A DNA stretch of 64,000 nt from Marsupella aquatica (GCA_973895155.1 OZ316895.1:19084508-19148507); one strand, 5' to 3'. Shown: positions 25,189-39,334, counted from the first letter of the stretch. The notes: generated by a model from the sequence alone, not told the origin. Numbers and translations: made by a program.

Positions 25189-28100
25189 ATGCAGTTCAAT
25201 GTAGCGACGAGCAAGCGAGTATCGCTTGGTGGTGGTGGACTTGTAGGGGACGGCGGGGCACCCGCAGGTAGCCGGTTGTCCTTCTATCAGAGCTCACCGA
25301 ATGTCGAAGTGTCGCTAGAGGAATTTGAGCAGTTTGCCCTCGATCGCCTTCGTGGTATGTGTTTATCTGTTTTGAGTATGTCAGCTTGTTAAAATTGCTC
25401 TGCGATCCGTAAAGTCTAGACAAGCCTTGCGCATCCGCGCGCTGTCATTTCTTGTACGCTTTTTTCAGTAGGATGTCAATCTCCTGTAAGACTATGTGTA
25501 TGAATCTCCTGTAATAGGTGTATCAACCATCGGATAGCCCCAAATTGCTACATTGTACATCGGCTTTTGTTACACATAGAGATAGCCCCCCACTCATGAT
25601 TTCCTGCGGCTGAGCTTAAAGGTTGTGTAAGTAGGATGATGGCTATTTTGCCTTGTGGGACTTACGTGCAGTTCTGAAGGGAATTGAGGAGGGGAAGGCA
25701 CGAGGAAGGAAAGTAGACGATGTGGAGCCTATGGTAAGCTCATTTAAGTTTCTCAAATGCACTCTGGCGTTCTAGACCGTTGTGCCCAGATGTTGTTGTG
25801 ACGTTGCCAAGTCGTAACAAAGAGTTCTCTCGTTGCCCTGCAGATACTTGATTTGTGGAGAAAGCACATGCGATCAGCCAACGCCGTGGATGGCGTTAAC
25901 AAAGACGTTGTCTCCCATTTTGTCCTCCGCTTGGCCTACTGCCGAACGTAAGTGATCATTATAGCTTCCCCAGCGGTATTTCACTTGGAACTGCTGACCT
26001 CTCTCTTTAGCAATGAGGTTCTCATGACATACTTTCCCTTGGCTAGGAAGGTCAACTATGAAGAGCCTCAGGCCACAATCTTCTTTCTACATCGGCAGTC
26101 TGCTTGTTTACAATCTTACCCTAAGTAGTCTCCTCCGATTTAGTGATTGTGCATTGTCGGACATTACAGAGCGGACTTGCAAAGATGGTTCCTAACGATG
26201 GAAACTGCCTTGTTTCGGGCCCGCTTCCGTGCCGAGACCCCTGAAGTACAGGTACTGCGACTGTCTCTTTTGAACTTAAGACTTTTCCTTTACCCACCGC
26301 GTTAAGCTCTTTCGGTTTATTTACGTGCACCGACCATACAATTTCTTTCACGGTACGAAATTCAGGCCCGTAGTCAAGTTTGTGGTTCCCTCACGCTGTA
26401 ATCTCATTCCGGGCTTCTAACTTCATTGTTGTTCTGCAGAGAAGATTCATGGAGGATGTAAAATTACCCTATAAGGCGATTGGTGCCACAGAATTTGAGG
26501 TACGTTCGACTCATGTTTTGGCCATATGTTATGGGCGTGTCAAGTAAATGTCGGGTTAAAGGACCCACGCACACGCAGATGCTGATTTCTATATCAGAGC
26601 CTCGGTACCAACTTTGGCTGTTAGTGAAGCTTAACTGGAGTTCGCTTCTCTTCTGCTAATTTCCGTGGTCAGGACAGTCGGTGAAAGACAAGCTGGGGCA
26701 AGTGGCACGCTCTCTCAATCAACCCTTGCCGAACGGTACGCTTAAAATTCGATTATTGCAGCGATATCAGGGTTGTTGTTGTCACCATGCTTAGTAACTG
26801 CTGAATGAATAACAAATCTGGGGAATATTGGTACTTTACTGCCCTATGCTTTTTGCCATTGGACTTCGTCGATTGTAATGTGATTTGATGCACACATTTC
26901 GTGGAAATTTCTAACATATTCAATGTTCTGTCTTTTTGCAGCCGACACTGCATTCTACAAGGTCTTCATCCGGTCCATGTCGTTTAAATGAACTTTACAA
27001 CAGAAGTCATATCAACCCTTACCTGTCATGTAATATCATGTCGTTAAGTGAACGTCTGGATGTAGCCAGATAGTACTATTTTCTTTCAGACCCACCGAAT
27101 TGTGGGCATTTTTATTTTTTTAAGTTGTTAAAATGCATGTCTGCATAAGACATGCAACTGTGGATTCGGGGCTTAGGAGTGTGTTGATTGTGCTTGCTGT
27201 CATTATTCGATGCGCTTTGTTTATCCTTACTCCACTGTTGCAGGTGCCATTTGAGGAAGTTCCAGAGCTTGTGGCAGGTCGTAGAGTGTACTTGCAACGG
27301 GGCTTTGCTTTTGTACCAAGGCCTCATGTATGACAGTAATTTATGGCATCACTGCTTTCCATTTGTGGACAAGTTTATCAGGGATCACTTACATCGCTGG
27401 CAGTTCGTTCACTTGAAGTAGTACCAATTTCGGCTGTTTTGTGTCGCGTCTCCTACGTTGAAGTATGCCTAGTTTGGGAGATGAAAACCAAATATGTAGG
27501 AACTTTCGACTTTACTGCACTGCCGCCTACACCCACATATTTTGATAATTATGATATCTGTTCAAGCAATGGCAAGTCGGATCCCCTGAAGTCCTGGTGT
27601 ATATTCTGCTTCTATTCAGTAATTCCCTTGTCGACGCGGGTATTGCAGCTAGCGGCAATTGTTGTCGGGCAATTTCGTGCTCGGCTCTCCAAGGCTCTGC
27701 TTCTCACCAATCGGTTTGTTTATTTCTTGACAGTGGCTAACTTTACAAGGCTTTGGTGCTCATATATCACGTTTGTTTCATGTGTAGGGCTGAGTTTAGA
27801 AATGAACTTCAGAAAACGAATTTGTGATTTTTGTAGAGTACGCGAAGACTATGCGACAAGTACAGAGCGCCTACTATGCTGTAGTTCTTTAGCCACTTTA
27901 CCTAAAACTCACTTGGGTGATTAATGTCTTCACCAGTTATAGCTTCATTCATACCTGTTCTGGTATTTGAAGATTTTCAATGAATTTCATTTCATTTGTT
28001 ATTTACGGTGTTATGTAAATTACAGGTTGTGGACTTCAACAATAGCTGCAGAAGAGAAGGACCGCCTCACTCCGGTTAGCTATCGCCTTTAGATCTTTTC

Positions 28101-30938
28101 TCTTCTATTATTAGCTATCCGGCAGGTTCAAAATGCCTCCCTAAGGCGTACCATTTTACAAGTTGCCTTTCACGAATTACTTGAAATTAGAGTTCGGTTT
28201 GTGTATTGTTAACAATATTATGATTAACCATCAGTAACATCACAACAGGGCTGTTAGAAACCAAAAGAGTAAGGATCTTCCAAGGACCTTGACCTCGGTC
28301 TTCTTTTCAGGTTGTTGAAGCACTGAGCATGCGATACCTGGGTGCTGACTATTCCCAGGTACAAGATACGCTTTGCTTGTCTTGGGAAAATGGATTCATT
28401 TAATTTTTTTCACTCGTACTGGGGAAAAGTGTTGTGATTATGTAGTCGCAAGAAGCATAATTTATGAGACGCGGACTTCCTCAGATAGTTTTCAGCTCTT
28501 TATGCTCTAGCACATTATGTGTCTTCAGAATAGTCCTTTGCAGGGCTTCATCTGTTCTGGTTGTATGAGAAATCTAAATTGAGTCGATTGGTTATCTACA
28601 TGTAGCCGAAGGTGAAAGGAGAAGCTGGACTCCAGGATTTGGACAAGTTTGCCCAAATTTCGTTCCCACTTTGTATGAGACACCTTTTCCTTAAGGTACG
28701 AATCTGACCTTCTTCATCAGACATTGCTTCGATCTATGCCTGTCTATGATGACGATTCCTTTTGGCTACACTGACAGCTCGTGTGTACACGTTTGTTTTC
28801 ACTTTAGTTGCGCGAAGAGCATCACCTGAAATTTTGGGGCCGGCAACAACTAGGGCTTTTCCTGAAGGTACCGTATTTACGTTGCCTTGTTCCGGTAGCA
28901 AGTCTTATTGTGCACGCTGCTGTCCGTTCTCTGGTGCCTGAACTCCATTAATAATTGGCGTTGCACGGAATTGCCAGAATAGAAGATAGAAGATGTTCCC
29001 AAGTAAATCTAGAGTCTCCTGTTCAGTTCACAGAGGTAAACGAACTTATCGACGCTGTTATCTTTCCTGACCTAAATTAGTTTATCTAACCAGTTGAACG
29101 GTTCAGGGTATTGGGCTGAAATTAGATGATGCTCTCAGCTTTTGGAGAACTGAATTTTCCTTGAAGGTAACGTATTTTGGCGGTTCGAAGTGAACTTCTT
29201 TCACTCATTCTATTCAGACTCAGGAAATTGTATTCATTTTGATACGAAGATACATATCGCTAAACACACCTGCACCACAGTTTCTTGGCCATGTTCTGAT
29301 GATGAATTTTGGGTACTCACCGGAACCAGATGTCTGCCGAGAAGTTCGACAAAGAGTACGCCTACGTTGTACGTCACAACTATGGCAAGGAAGGCAAGCG
29401 CGTCGTAAGTGTTTCTTGTCAAAGTATGGCGGGCACTAGCACCAGAGTTTAGCGTGCCGGTCGTAAGTGTCTAGATTCCTGAATGTTTAGAATGTACTTA
29501 AACCCAGGATACGGTCGTATAACAACTCATTTTCAGTCTATATTGTTGGATGGTACCGTTGACGGTGTTATACAAGTGCTGGGTCATGCGCGCTGTAACC
29601 TCCGCTTTCACTTAGATTTCAAGTAATTCTGCAAAACAAATTGGTAAGCGGTTCATGGCTTTGAGAACCTTTTCCGAGCCTTTTCACTTGCATGCTGTCA
29701 AGACCGCAATTATTACGCGTTGTTGGAAGGTAATTGTGGTCTATTTAGCTGAGTCGCGATTGTTTGCAGGACTACACCCCATTTTCTTGCATGAAAGTGA
29801 TAACGTCCACTCCTGGTGTTGGAGATCACCATGGGTGCCCTTTCCGTCATTTCAGGTACATCAATTCACTTTTTAATCTTGTGCCTCACAGCTTTATTCC
29901 AATCTCACCCCTCCGGTGGCAAGGTACTGATCCAACATGTGAATAAAAATCGCAGTCAGGATAATCTTCGAGCGACGCTTGGAGGTCTCTCTATCAGTGG
30001 TGGAATTATCGATGAAATCTTGGAGAAAGTGCGGGCTCATCATTACCAGGTAATTAGTACTACTGCCAACGTCAAATTTTAGTTTACATATTCGATTGTG
30101 GGTAGACTTGCTTACCGACCTCTTAATCCAACGTGAGGGACTTATCAGGGATTAATCCCTTGCCTAGTCCCTCTAACTTAATTGAAAAAGTAGGCGCAGC
30201 ACTGTGCCCAGCTACTGTTGAAACAGAAAAACCTAACCAACTGGCTTAGGTCAGTTGGCTAGGGGATTTAGCCTGGAACTGAGAGGGCCCAGGTTCAATC
30301 CCCCCCCTCCTCAACACACGGTTGTAGAGGGTACATGTGTGTGTGGGTGGGATGGGAATTGTGTGTAGTGGATGGAGTTCTGATTATCTCCTGGGCCCCT
30401 AGTTGCTCACTTTGTGGCCCTGATTTAATACTCTCTCCCTCCTGGTGTCGGACCCTAAACCCTGTGCTCATTTCTGTTCAAGACAAAAAAAAAATACAGA
30501 ACCTGAAGGTGGTTTTAAGGAGTTGTAAATCATCAAGCCGAAGTGATGGAGTAGAAAGTATAGGTTGATCCGACTACATGCTGTATTGCAGTTGGCATGC
30601 GGTGCCACTTTTGAGGGTGTTCACGGCTGTCCGTCTGATGGAATAAATCATCCCAACCAGTACTTCGAGCAGAGTCGAAAGCATTTGGAAGCAGAGCAAA
30701 CGGAGGTAAAGATCCTCTTCAAGCGTCATGGTACAAGGAGCTCGTAAAACTGCATCTAGTCCGATGAACCTTCTTGCTCGTAAAAATTTCCTGACTGTTC
30801 GCCTGACCATCTTTTATCGATTTTTGAAAAGCATAATTTAGTCTAGGATTCTCTCTTCCGTCTCCGCATAATGTGTATACTCACAGCCTTTGGATTTCAT
30901 TCCTTCAATTCGTTCAGCAGGATAAGACCAGGCACTAG
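25189..30938 (+). CDS. PRIM2: DNA primase large subunit (p58/PriL), multi-exon
   Basis: Exons read [15 protein letters not shown]|[37 protein letters not shown]|[50 protein letters not shown]|[34 protein letters not shown]...HHGCPFRHF and HYQ|LACGATF...[12 protein letters not shown]. Cysteines at the expected Fe-S cluster positions are present. The last mini-exon (30921-30938, DKTRH*) is inferred. Confidence 0.95.
30232..30494 (+). mobile_element. tRNA-derived SINE-like insertion in a PRIM2 intron
   Basis: A-box-like taggtcagttgg at about 30247, B-box ggttcaatcc at about 30292, an unrelated body, and an A-rich tail at 30485-30494. No convincing TSD found. Confidence 0.6.
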
Positions 30939-32509
30939 CTTTTCACATGCTTGTCCAGTTGGTGGTTGATTGACGGCTTACGTGCACAAAGCCACCCAGG
31001 TAGTGGGTATAGTTGTTCCTCGTTCACGTCGTCGGCAACTTCGCAAGCTGAAAATGGCAAATCACTTTTGCAGAAATGTGAAGATGTCTCTCAACTCCCT
31101 GGACCAGCACATCCACCGGATCTCTGTCCCACTCTTCCCCAAAGAACGGCTTTGGTTATTCCTTCGGGCTGACGTGGCTCGGCTCCCTTTAGCGCTTTAC
31201 ATACCCGTCTATGTGACACATATGAAGTCCAATGACACCCGAGAGTGTAATGTCCACATCATCGCAACCAGTGTGGGGAAGCTGAACAACGTCCCACTTC
31301 TCGTTCTTCAGTGGACATGCATCTTCAGGGGGACCCGTTATTGTATCTTACACCATTGGGACTTTGTGGGACCTTGTCTCCCGATTGTGTTCCTATTTCA
31401 GACGTACTAGCCTGATTACCCTGTTCCCTGTTCTTGAGCTTAAGTAGAGGGGACGGCAAAAATAGACATTGTAAAACAAATTAATCTTTCCTATTTCTCA
31501 TTTATCTTTGCCACACATCCATGTTTTTCATCTGGACCTCACTATCACTTATGCCCTCGAGTCACCGTCTACCCCTTCCCTGTTTTTTGCGCGCAGGCTC
31601 ACTTTCAGTTATGTACTTAAGAGGCACTATCTTAGGCTTCATTCTCAGTTATGTCCCTTAGAGTGGGCTATGGGCTTCATTCTAGACAATAGGCCCAAAG
31701 AGTAGCTTGGCCCAAAGATTAGCTTTTGATTGAGCTCTATTAGATAGATATTAGTCACAGGTTTTTTTGCCTTGTAAAGTTCATTTGATGAATACCAAAT
31801 CTAGTGGCGTATGTCTGACCTAGCTATTGTTCCTAGCGTATTCACTACTATAGTTTCATGACATTGGAACATCATCTGTTTAGTGAGTCTGGCCTCGCCC
31901 TCCTTGGACGATGTAGCTTTGGTAGTTTGATTGCCCCGGTTGATCAGAACTCCAAGATCCACATGGGATTCCTAACATTGCCTTGAGGTGTTTAGAATTA
32001 ACAATGTCATTTGAGGCGGGATTGTGATCTTAACTCCACGTTGGATTTACGTGTTGATGTACGTTCCATGCATACAAGTCTTACTGTGAGCCTCCATATT
32101 GAGGGTCAACTGTCCTGGTCTCCATTGCCTTGAAAAGAACTTTTGGGACTAATGATGGGTGTTGTCATTAGATAGCATTGGGCCTTTTGGAATTTATTTT
32201 TGTGTCAAAATAAATTACGTACCATTGCTTGCCTGAAATTATAATCCAACCTTGATGGATGTCCATTCTCCAACCGTTCGCTTGGTGATCAATGGATGCT
32301 AAGACACAAAAGCTTTGGTTAAATCCACAAAAAGGCTTAATGGCTGTTGTGGAGGTTTAGCCTCTTCACACAACACCCTCAAACAAAGAATGTGATCCTT
32401 AGTACTATACTAATTCACTTCTAAAACTTGCTTGTGAAGGTGCCCCTGGTTAATCTCGCTTCTAGTAATCCACCAAGAATTTGAGGAAAAATATTGCCTA
32501 CCATTGTCC

Positions 32510-32616
32510 ATATCGAGACATGTATCCAAGTAACACAATAAAATAAAAAACCAGAAAGAAGATCCATTAATACCAAGATGAATAAATGTTGGGGCATGAA
32601 AATAAACCCCTGTATG
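32510..32616 (-). repeat. Diverged fragment of the putative LTR/3' region of the PHD-gypsy element
   Basis: Reverse complement atacaggggtttattttcatgccccaacatt...tgtctcgatat matches 49246-49370. Confidence 0.75.
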
Positions 32617-33127
32617 TAGCATGTAGAGTGAATATACATAAGAAAACCAATAGCATGCCATGATGTGCTGGGAGCATCTAAAGAGTCATGTAGCATGTAG
32701 AGTGAGTAGTACATAAGAAAACCAATAGCATGTCATGATGTGTTGGGAGCATCTAAAGAGTCATAGTCAATCCTCAAATGTGTAGAGAGGTGCCATGGAG
32801 TGTGCTGCCACAGTCAAGTGCTTGCAATGCTTTTAACTAAGACTCAAGAAGAACTGAAGTGAATGTGCAATGAGCAATCTAAGTATGTTGGCTCTGGAGT
32901 GCTCCTAACAAAAACTATTTGCTTCAAGAACAACCAGGGTTTGCTACAAGAACATTGCCCAAAGTGCTACTAAGAGGAGAATGCTTGCTTAGAGAACACC
33001 AAACATATCTATTATAGCTTGCATATATGGCCTCTAAACGATGAACCTAAACTACCATAATATCCTAGCGGGCGTGCACAGGGCATGGTGATGGGCGATG
33101 ATAACCATGCACTCTCGCACAACAGCT

Positions 33128-35271
33128 GTCGTGACATATAGAGTTGGTAGCATAAGATATCGAGACATGTATCATATGCATCCAAGTAACACAACAAAAT
33201 AGAAAACCAGAAAGATGATACATGGTTGTCCATTAACACCAAGATGAAGAAATGTTGGGGCATGAAAGTAAACCCCTGTATCCCCCCCCAAACCTGAGCA
33301 TGGAAATGGTCAACGGGCTGAGGATGAGCTTGGGGAAGGAGAACAAGAAGGACAGAACCATAGCCCTTCCGGAACTTGTGGAAGCTCAGGTCGCAAACAA
33401 AAGAGATGGTAACCACCGTTGCAATGGTCACACAACACCATCTGGTCAGCATCATCAATCCTGTGACACACCTTACAGGGATAATCCACCGGAGGAATCC
33501 AAGTAGAAGTCACAATGGTAGGGTCCAAGTTAGGCAAATGACAAGGGGCACAATTCTTAGCATGATCTTTGAGGGTATGACCATCTGCTCCTTGTAACTC
33601 CAACACACCTGAAGGATAGATGGACTTAACCCTGAGAATAATGCGACTGGTGGAGGTATCCAATGTGTCACTAGGCTGGCACTGAAGGTAAACAAAATCA
33701 CCCACATCAAACTGCCTCACCTTGGGCCTGAAGCTCCCTCCCCATGGGTGCGCATATTTGAGTGTATCACGATGTTGGGCAATTGTAAGGTTGTCCATAG
33801 CCATAGGCATGACTCTACGGAACAAGGCAGCCCTCTCTGATATGATAGTAGACCAGGTTTCCGTTGAGTCCAAGTCCACCACCTGAAGCATTTGAGAAGC
33901 AATAGAAGATGGAGGAACTAGATGCCGACCAAAAAGTAGAAAATAAGGAGAGAAGTTGGACGAGGCATGGTTGGACATGCGGTACCCCATGGCAATGTAA
34001 GGCAGTGCCGAGTCCCAATCTTTCTTGTTCTTGGTGAGGCATATTTTCTGCAATCCTTGTTTGCAGATCTGTACCATCCGCTCAGCTAGACCATCCGCTT
34101 GAGGATGATCCCTTGAAGTTCTATGATGATCAATGAGTGCATGGTCAAATAGGTCCTAAAATTCTCCTCTAAATTCAGAGCCCTGGTCAGTGAGACACTC
34201 TGCACCAGCCCCAAACCTGCTAAGCACTTGCTGGAGAAAAGCTTGGCTAGTGCTATGTACGTGAACTCTTATCAGGCAAGGCAACCAATTCAATCCACTT
34301 AGAAAAGTGCTCAATCATGATCATTATATAGAGGTTACCCCTGGATGTCAAAGGTAATTCTCCAGCTAAATCACAAGACCAGCGGTAAAACAATCCCTGA
34401 ATAGGGAGTGGATGAAGTATAGGCTGTCGAGAGGAGAATGAGGTTCGTACTCTGTCACACTGTTCACACCTAACTATGATATCCCGAATCTGAGCATGCA
34501 TCCCCTTCCAATGGTAGTGAGGAGCCATCAAACTATAAGTACGTTTGATTCCAAAATGCCCAAGTTCAGAATGTACTTTTTGACCAAGCCAGCCTTATCA
34601 GCAATTGGTGGAACCACTCTCTCGCCTTGTGGCAAACAGTGGACTAGGTGATCCCTTCCACACGTAACGCTTAGACCGTTGTTGTATCCAATCCCTTTGA
34701 GTAGTGGTCATGCCTGGTGGGTACTGCCTGTGCTGCAAGAAATTCAGAGTTTCCAAATCCTCCCAGATGTCCACAATGAGGTTGGTCAACAACGCTGCAA
34801 CAAAGCAAGGCAAGATAGGCAGAGGCCCCAAGTGTAGAGCTAGGACAGCATGATCAAAATCTTGCCGTGTATTTGAGAAATCTGTTGAAGTGATCAAAGG
34901 ACTGCGAGACATGGTGTCAGCATTCTGGTGAGTAATTCCAGGTCTATGAATAACTTCAAACTCATATTCTTGCAAAATGAGGGCCCAACGACCTAGCTTG
35001 CCAGTAAGCTTATCATTGGTCATCAACCACTTCAGTGGCTGGTGATCGGTAAAGAGCATGAACTTAGTGCCATACAGGTAGGGTCTGACATGTATGACAG
35101 CCCACACAACAGCCAAGCATTTGCCTTCATAAGAGGAGTAGTTGCTCTCAGCCTTGTTATTGCTCCTAGATGCATAAGCAATGACATACTCCCGCCCGTC
35201 CCCATCAGATTGACCCAGAATGGCACCAATACCTAGAGCACTCCAATCTTCTAGTACTTGATCCATCACCC
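33128..35271 (-). mobile_element. Inverted, internally deleted copy of the Ty3/gypsy element (RNase H - integrase - PHD finger - putative LTR start)
   Basis: Contains DWSALGIGAILGQ...IAYASRSNNKAESNYSSYEGKCLAVVWA (RNase H), integrase HHCC and core, and PHD CKVC...LCDHCNGGYHLFC...WFCPSC. Highly similar to the reverse complement of about 47280-49399. Confidence 0.92.
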
Positions 35272-35818
35272 TTGCCTGATAAGAGTTCACACAGCACTAG
35301 GTTCCATAGTTTCTTTGAGGACATAGTTGTCCTCTTCTGAGCAATCTCTTTTGGTTGCTCTTTTCTTTGATTGCATTGTACTTTACTTTTTGTGGCAGCT
35401 CCTTTGACTTTCATGGTCCCGGAGCTTATAATACATTACCATTACCATTACCATTACTAGCCAAGCTTTTCTCCAGCAAGTGCTTAGCAGGTTTGGGGCT
35501 TGTGTAGAGTGCCTCACTGACCAAGGCTCTGAATTCAAAGGAGAATTTCAGGACCTACTTGACCATGCTCTCATTGATCATCGTAGAACTTCAAGGGATC
35601 ATCCTCGAGCGGATGGTCTAGCTAAGCAGATGGTACAGACATGCAAACAAGGATTGCAAAAAATATGCCTCACCAAGAATAAGAAAGATTGGGACTTGGC
35701 ATTGCCTGACATTGTCATGGGGTGTTGCATGTCCAACCATGCCTCCTTGTCCAACTGCTCTCCTTATTTTCTACTTTTTGGTCGGCATCCAGTTCCTCCA
35801 TCTTTTATTGTTTCTCAA
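35271..35818 (+). mobile_element. Third fragment of the gypsy integrase (plus strand), interrupted by a LINE 3' tail
   Basis: Matches about 48256-48638 (LSRFGAC...CLTDQGSEFKGEF...). Confidence 0.85.
35301..35455 (+). mobile_element. Extremely 5'-truncated (155 bp) LINE family A insertion
   Basis: Essentially identical to the 3' end of the 44413-46165 copy, ends in (cattac)n, and is flanked by TSD actag (35296-35300 and 35456-35460). Confidence 0.9.
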
Positions 35819-35819
35819 A

Positions 35820-38800
35820 GGAAAAGAGATGCCTCTAAATGATGGGTTGGGACCTTGAGAGTCATGACATGAAATATTTCAGGACTTTCTATAGAATCAG
35901 CAATAGGAGGAGAACCCTTGTTTGAGAATGCTGACATCTTGCTCTTCATGGAGACTTGGCAATATGAGGAGAATGACCTACCTAGCATCAAGGATTTTAC
36001 TTGCATTGGATCTCTCTTCAATAAAAAGAACACCACAAGGAGAAGAGGGTTTGGAGGTATTGCAGTCTACACCAGGAACCATCTTCAACACATAACATCT
36101 ATTGAGCATGAAGATCCAAGCAAGCAATTCATGGTGGTGAGACTACATACTAGAGGTACTCCATCATTTCTAATTGTCACCTATTTTGCCCCACATAGCA
36201 TGAATGTGTACAAAATGGGAATTGCTAATGCACAATATCCATTCCATAACTTGATTCAGGTTATACATGATGTATCAGTACTAGGAGAGACATGGATAGT
36301 GGGAGACTTTAATGCTAGAGTGTCTCACCAACAATTCATTGATAGTGGAGATTTTGGGGCATTGCCTTGGATATCATGCAATGAAGACTCATCTTGGTTG
36401 AGAAAAGCTATAGATACTAGGGTAAATGATATGACACCCCATTTTCTGCAATTAGGAGCTTCTTGTAATCTGAGAATATTGAATGGGCTTGAAAGATTTC
36501 CTCATTCATCAGGTTATACATTTAGGTCAAGCCAAAGATGTAACACCATTGATTATCTCCTAGCATCACCATCTTCAGCTAGTAGAGTGATTTTAGAATA
36601 CTTGATCAACAACCAGAGTCTTCACATCTGCCCTTGTTATTTCATCTAGATTTGGCCAAAAGTTTTAGAGAAGAGATAACAAGGAAAAGATATATTCCTA
36701 GACTCTTCCTGGATCATGATAAGGCTGATGTATTTAGAGGGGAGATTGAGGCCCTACTACCAACACATTCCAATGTGTTGGAACTACCACAACTGACAGC
36801 AAAGGCAGCTACTAATGTATTCTCTAAAAGACCATTGTCCACAAAACAAACCATGAAAGCATGGTTTGATGAAGAGTAGGTAGAAGCTAGAAGGAGGGCC
36901 ATGGCACAACCTGAAGATGTAAAGTTACTTGCATTGAGAATATATAGTAACTTTGTGAAGCACAAGAAGAGATGCTTCATGAGGAAACTTCAACAAGTGC
37001 TTTCCCAAGAACTTCAAGAGAATCCTAAAGGCTTTTGGAAGAGATTTCAGGTGAAAAAAGAAGATCCTACTTGGAGCAACGAACATTGGTAAGCTATGCA
37101 AAGTCTGTCTACTTCTATTCTGAAGCTACTTCCATGCCTTTGGAGATTGGGGAAGCTATTCAATTCTCATATATAGAGGTGCAAACTCAACTATCTAGAA
37201 TGCAAAAGGGCAAGGCTGCAGATTTGCAAGGGTTCACAGTGGAGCTCCTACAATGGGGTGGATCTTCTTTGGTATCAGCATTCACTATGTGTTTGAATCA
37301 AGTGGTCCAAGGTGGCTTACCTCAAGATTGGAGTACAAGGAGATTGGTACTATTCACAAGGGAGGCTCTAAGAATGAGGTGAGCAACTATAGGACTACCA
37401 TGATAGCTAGTATCTTTGTTAAAGTTCTAGGAGGATCTAGAAGCTAGACTAGTTCTTGGGTTGAAAACACATGAAAAGAGCATCATCACAAGTTGGTTTA
37501 GGGCAGGTTTCAGTACTCTAGATCACATGCTTTGCCTTAGAGTGTTAGAGGAAGAGGGGCTAAAATACTCAAGCTACCTCTATTTTGCTTGTTTGTAGAC
37601 TCTCCAAACATTTGATCGGGTTGTAGACACAAGCTTTGGGAGAGGTTGAATAGTCTCAAAGTTCCTCTTGAGATGAGAATAGCTATTACACAATTGTATC
37701 AAAAGGTAGTGATTAGATTCTCTAGTAGTAGCTATGAGGTGGTTCCTATGAGGGATGTAAACCCCATGATGTTGTATGAAGAACAAGAGTATCTTAGAGC
37801 TCCCATTTCTATGAGGTTGAGACAAGTGATTGCTAGATATAGACTCATCTCACATCACTTGGAGGTAGAGGAGGGTAGATGGAAGGGAATTAGGAGGCAG
37901 GATAGGGTGTGTAGACTTTGTGATAGTGGCAGCATTGAGAATGAATATCATGTATTCATAGCATGTAGACGGTATGAGGAGGTTCGAATAGCACATCAAA
38001 TCCTTGTTTCTGATCTGCATGATCTATTTAGGTTGCCACCAAAGCAACTTGGATTGTATATCATGGCAGTGGATAGGAAACGATGTGATAGCATTACACA
38101 TTAGTGACTCTTAAGGTCCTTAGTTTGTTATTAGTGAGGATGTAGAGATCCTCACATGAGCATTTGACTCATTTCTTTGCTTTGTATTTGGTTTTTTTGC
38201 CACAGCTCCCTTGACTCATTGGGTCGTCGTGGAGCTTAGAATTTGACTTTGACTTTGACTCCTAGCACACTTGTGTGATCCAAGGCTGCCCACTATCTCC
38301 AATGCTCTTTGGGGTCTTCATTGACCAGCTACATGATTTGGTAGAGGAGATGGGAGGCGTAGGTTCTCAATTGGGAACACTGGCCATCCAACTTCTTATA
38401 TTTGCAGATGATGTGGTGCTTCTAGCTCACTCCCAATCTGATTTTCAACAACATCTTCTTGCCCTAGAACATTTTTGCAAACAATCAGACATGTAGGTCA
38501 ACATGAAGAAGACCAAGTGCCTTGTACTTGGTACGAAGCAAGAGCTTTCTCTCTATTTTGCAGGTGAAAAGGTGGAGATGGTGACCTCTTACAAGTATCT
38601 TGGGGTGGAGTTTTCCCAAAGCATGAGTTGGGCTGCATGTCTGACGCATAGTGTGGCTCATGGTTACAAGGCCTTCTATAGCATGGTTAAGAAGTGCAAG
38701 GGAGCAAGCCTTTCCACTTGGAAGTTGAAGAAACAACTCTTCAATTCCTTGGTAAGGCCTCTTATTTTTATAGAGTGCAAGTATGGGGCCCATCTATTTC

Positions 38801-39334
38801 TCAATCTTGTTGGAAAAAGGTAGAGGCCATCCAAAAGCTTTTCTTGGAGATGGAGCTTGGAGCTTGGAGTGAAAACCCAAATTTCTATGAAGTTGAGACA
38901 AATGATTGCTAGATATAGACTCAGCTCACATCACTTGGAGGTAGAGGAGGGTCGATGGAAGGGAATTAGGAGGCAGGATAGGGTGTGTAGACTTTATGAT
39001 AATGGTAGCATTGAGAATGAATATCATGTATTCATAGCATGTAGACGGTATGAGGAGGTTCGAGTATCACATCAAATCCTTGTTTCTGATCTGCATGATC
39101 TATTTAGGTTGCCACCAAAGCAACTTGGATTGTATATCATGGCAGTGGATAGGAAAAGATGTGATAGCATTACACATTAGTGACTCTTAGGGTCCTTAGT
39201 TTGTTATTAGTGAGGATGTAGAGATCCTCACATGAGCATTTGACTCATTTCTTTGCTTTGTATTTGGCTTTTTTGCCACAGCTCCCTTGACTCATTGGGT
39301 CGTCGTGGAGCTTAGAATTTGACTTTGACTTTGA
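35820..39334 (+). mobile_element. Degenerate RTE/RTEX-like LINE family B (APE endonuclease - RT - C-terminal zinc finger; TTTGAC tail) with a nested 3' fragment of itself
   Basis: Motifs ADILLFMETW, GFGGIAVY, IVGDFNAR and TIDYLLAS (APE); QGCPLSP and FADDVVLL (RT); CRLCDSGSIENEYHVFIAC. The nested 3' piece at about 37748-38259 has its own (tttgac)n tail. There is an internal deletion at about 38880. Confidence 0.9.

Noticed and set aside
30240-30312. Functional tRNA gene
   Set aside because: A/B boxes are present but I could not fold a full cloverleaf with an acceptor stem. It is followed by a body and A tail typical of a SINE.
30951-31410. 146-aa and 73-aa ORFs after PRIM2
   Set aside because: Non-ATG starts in the probable 3' UTR region with no domain features.
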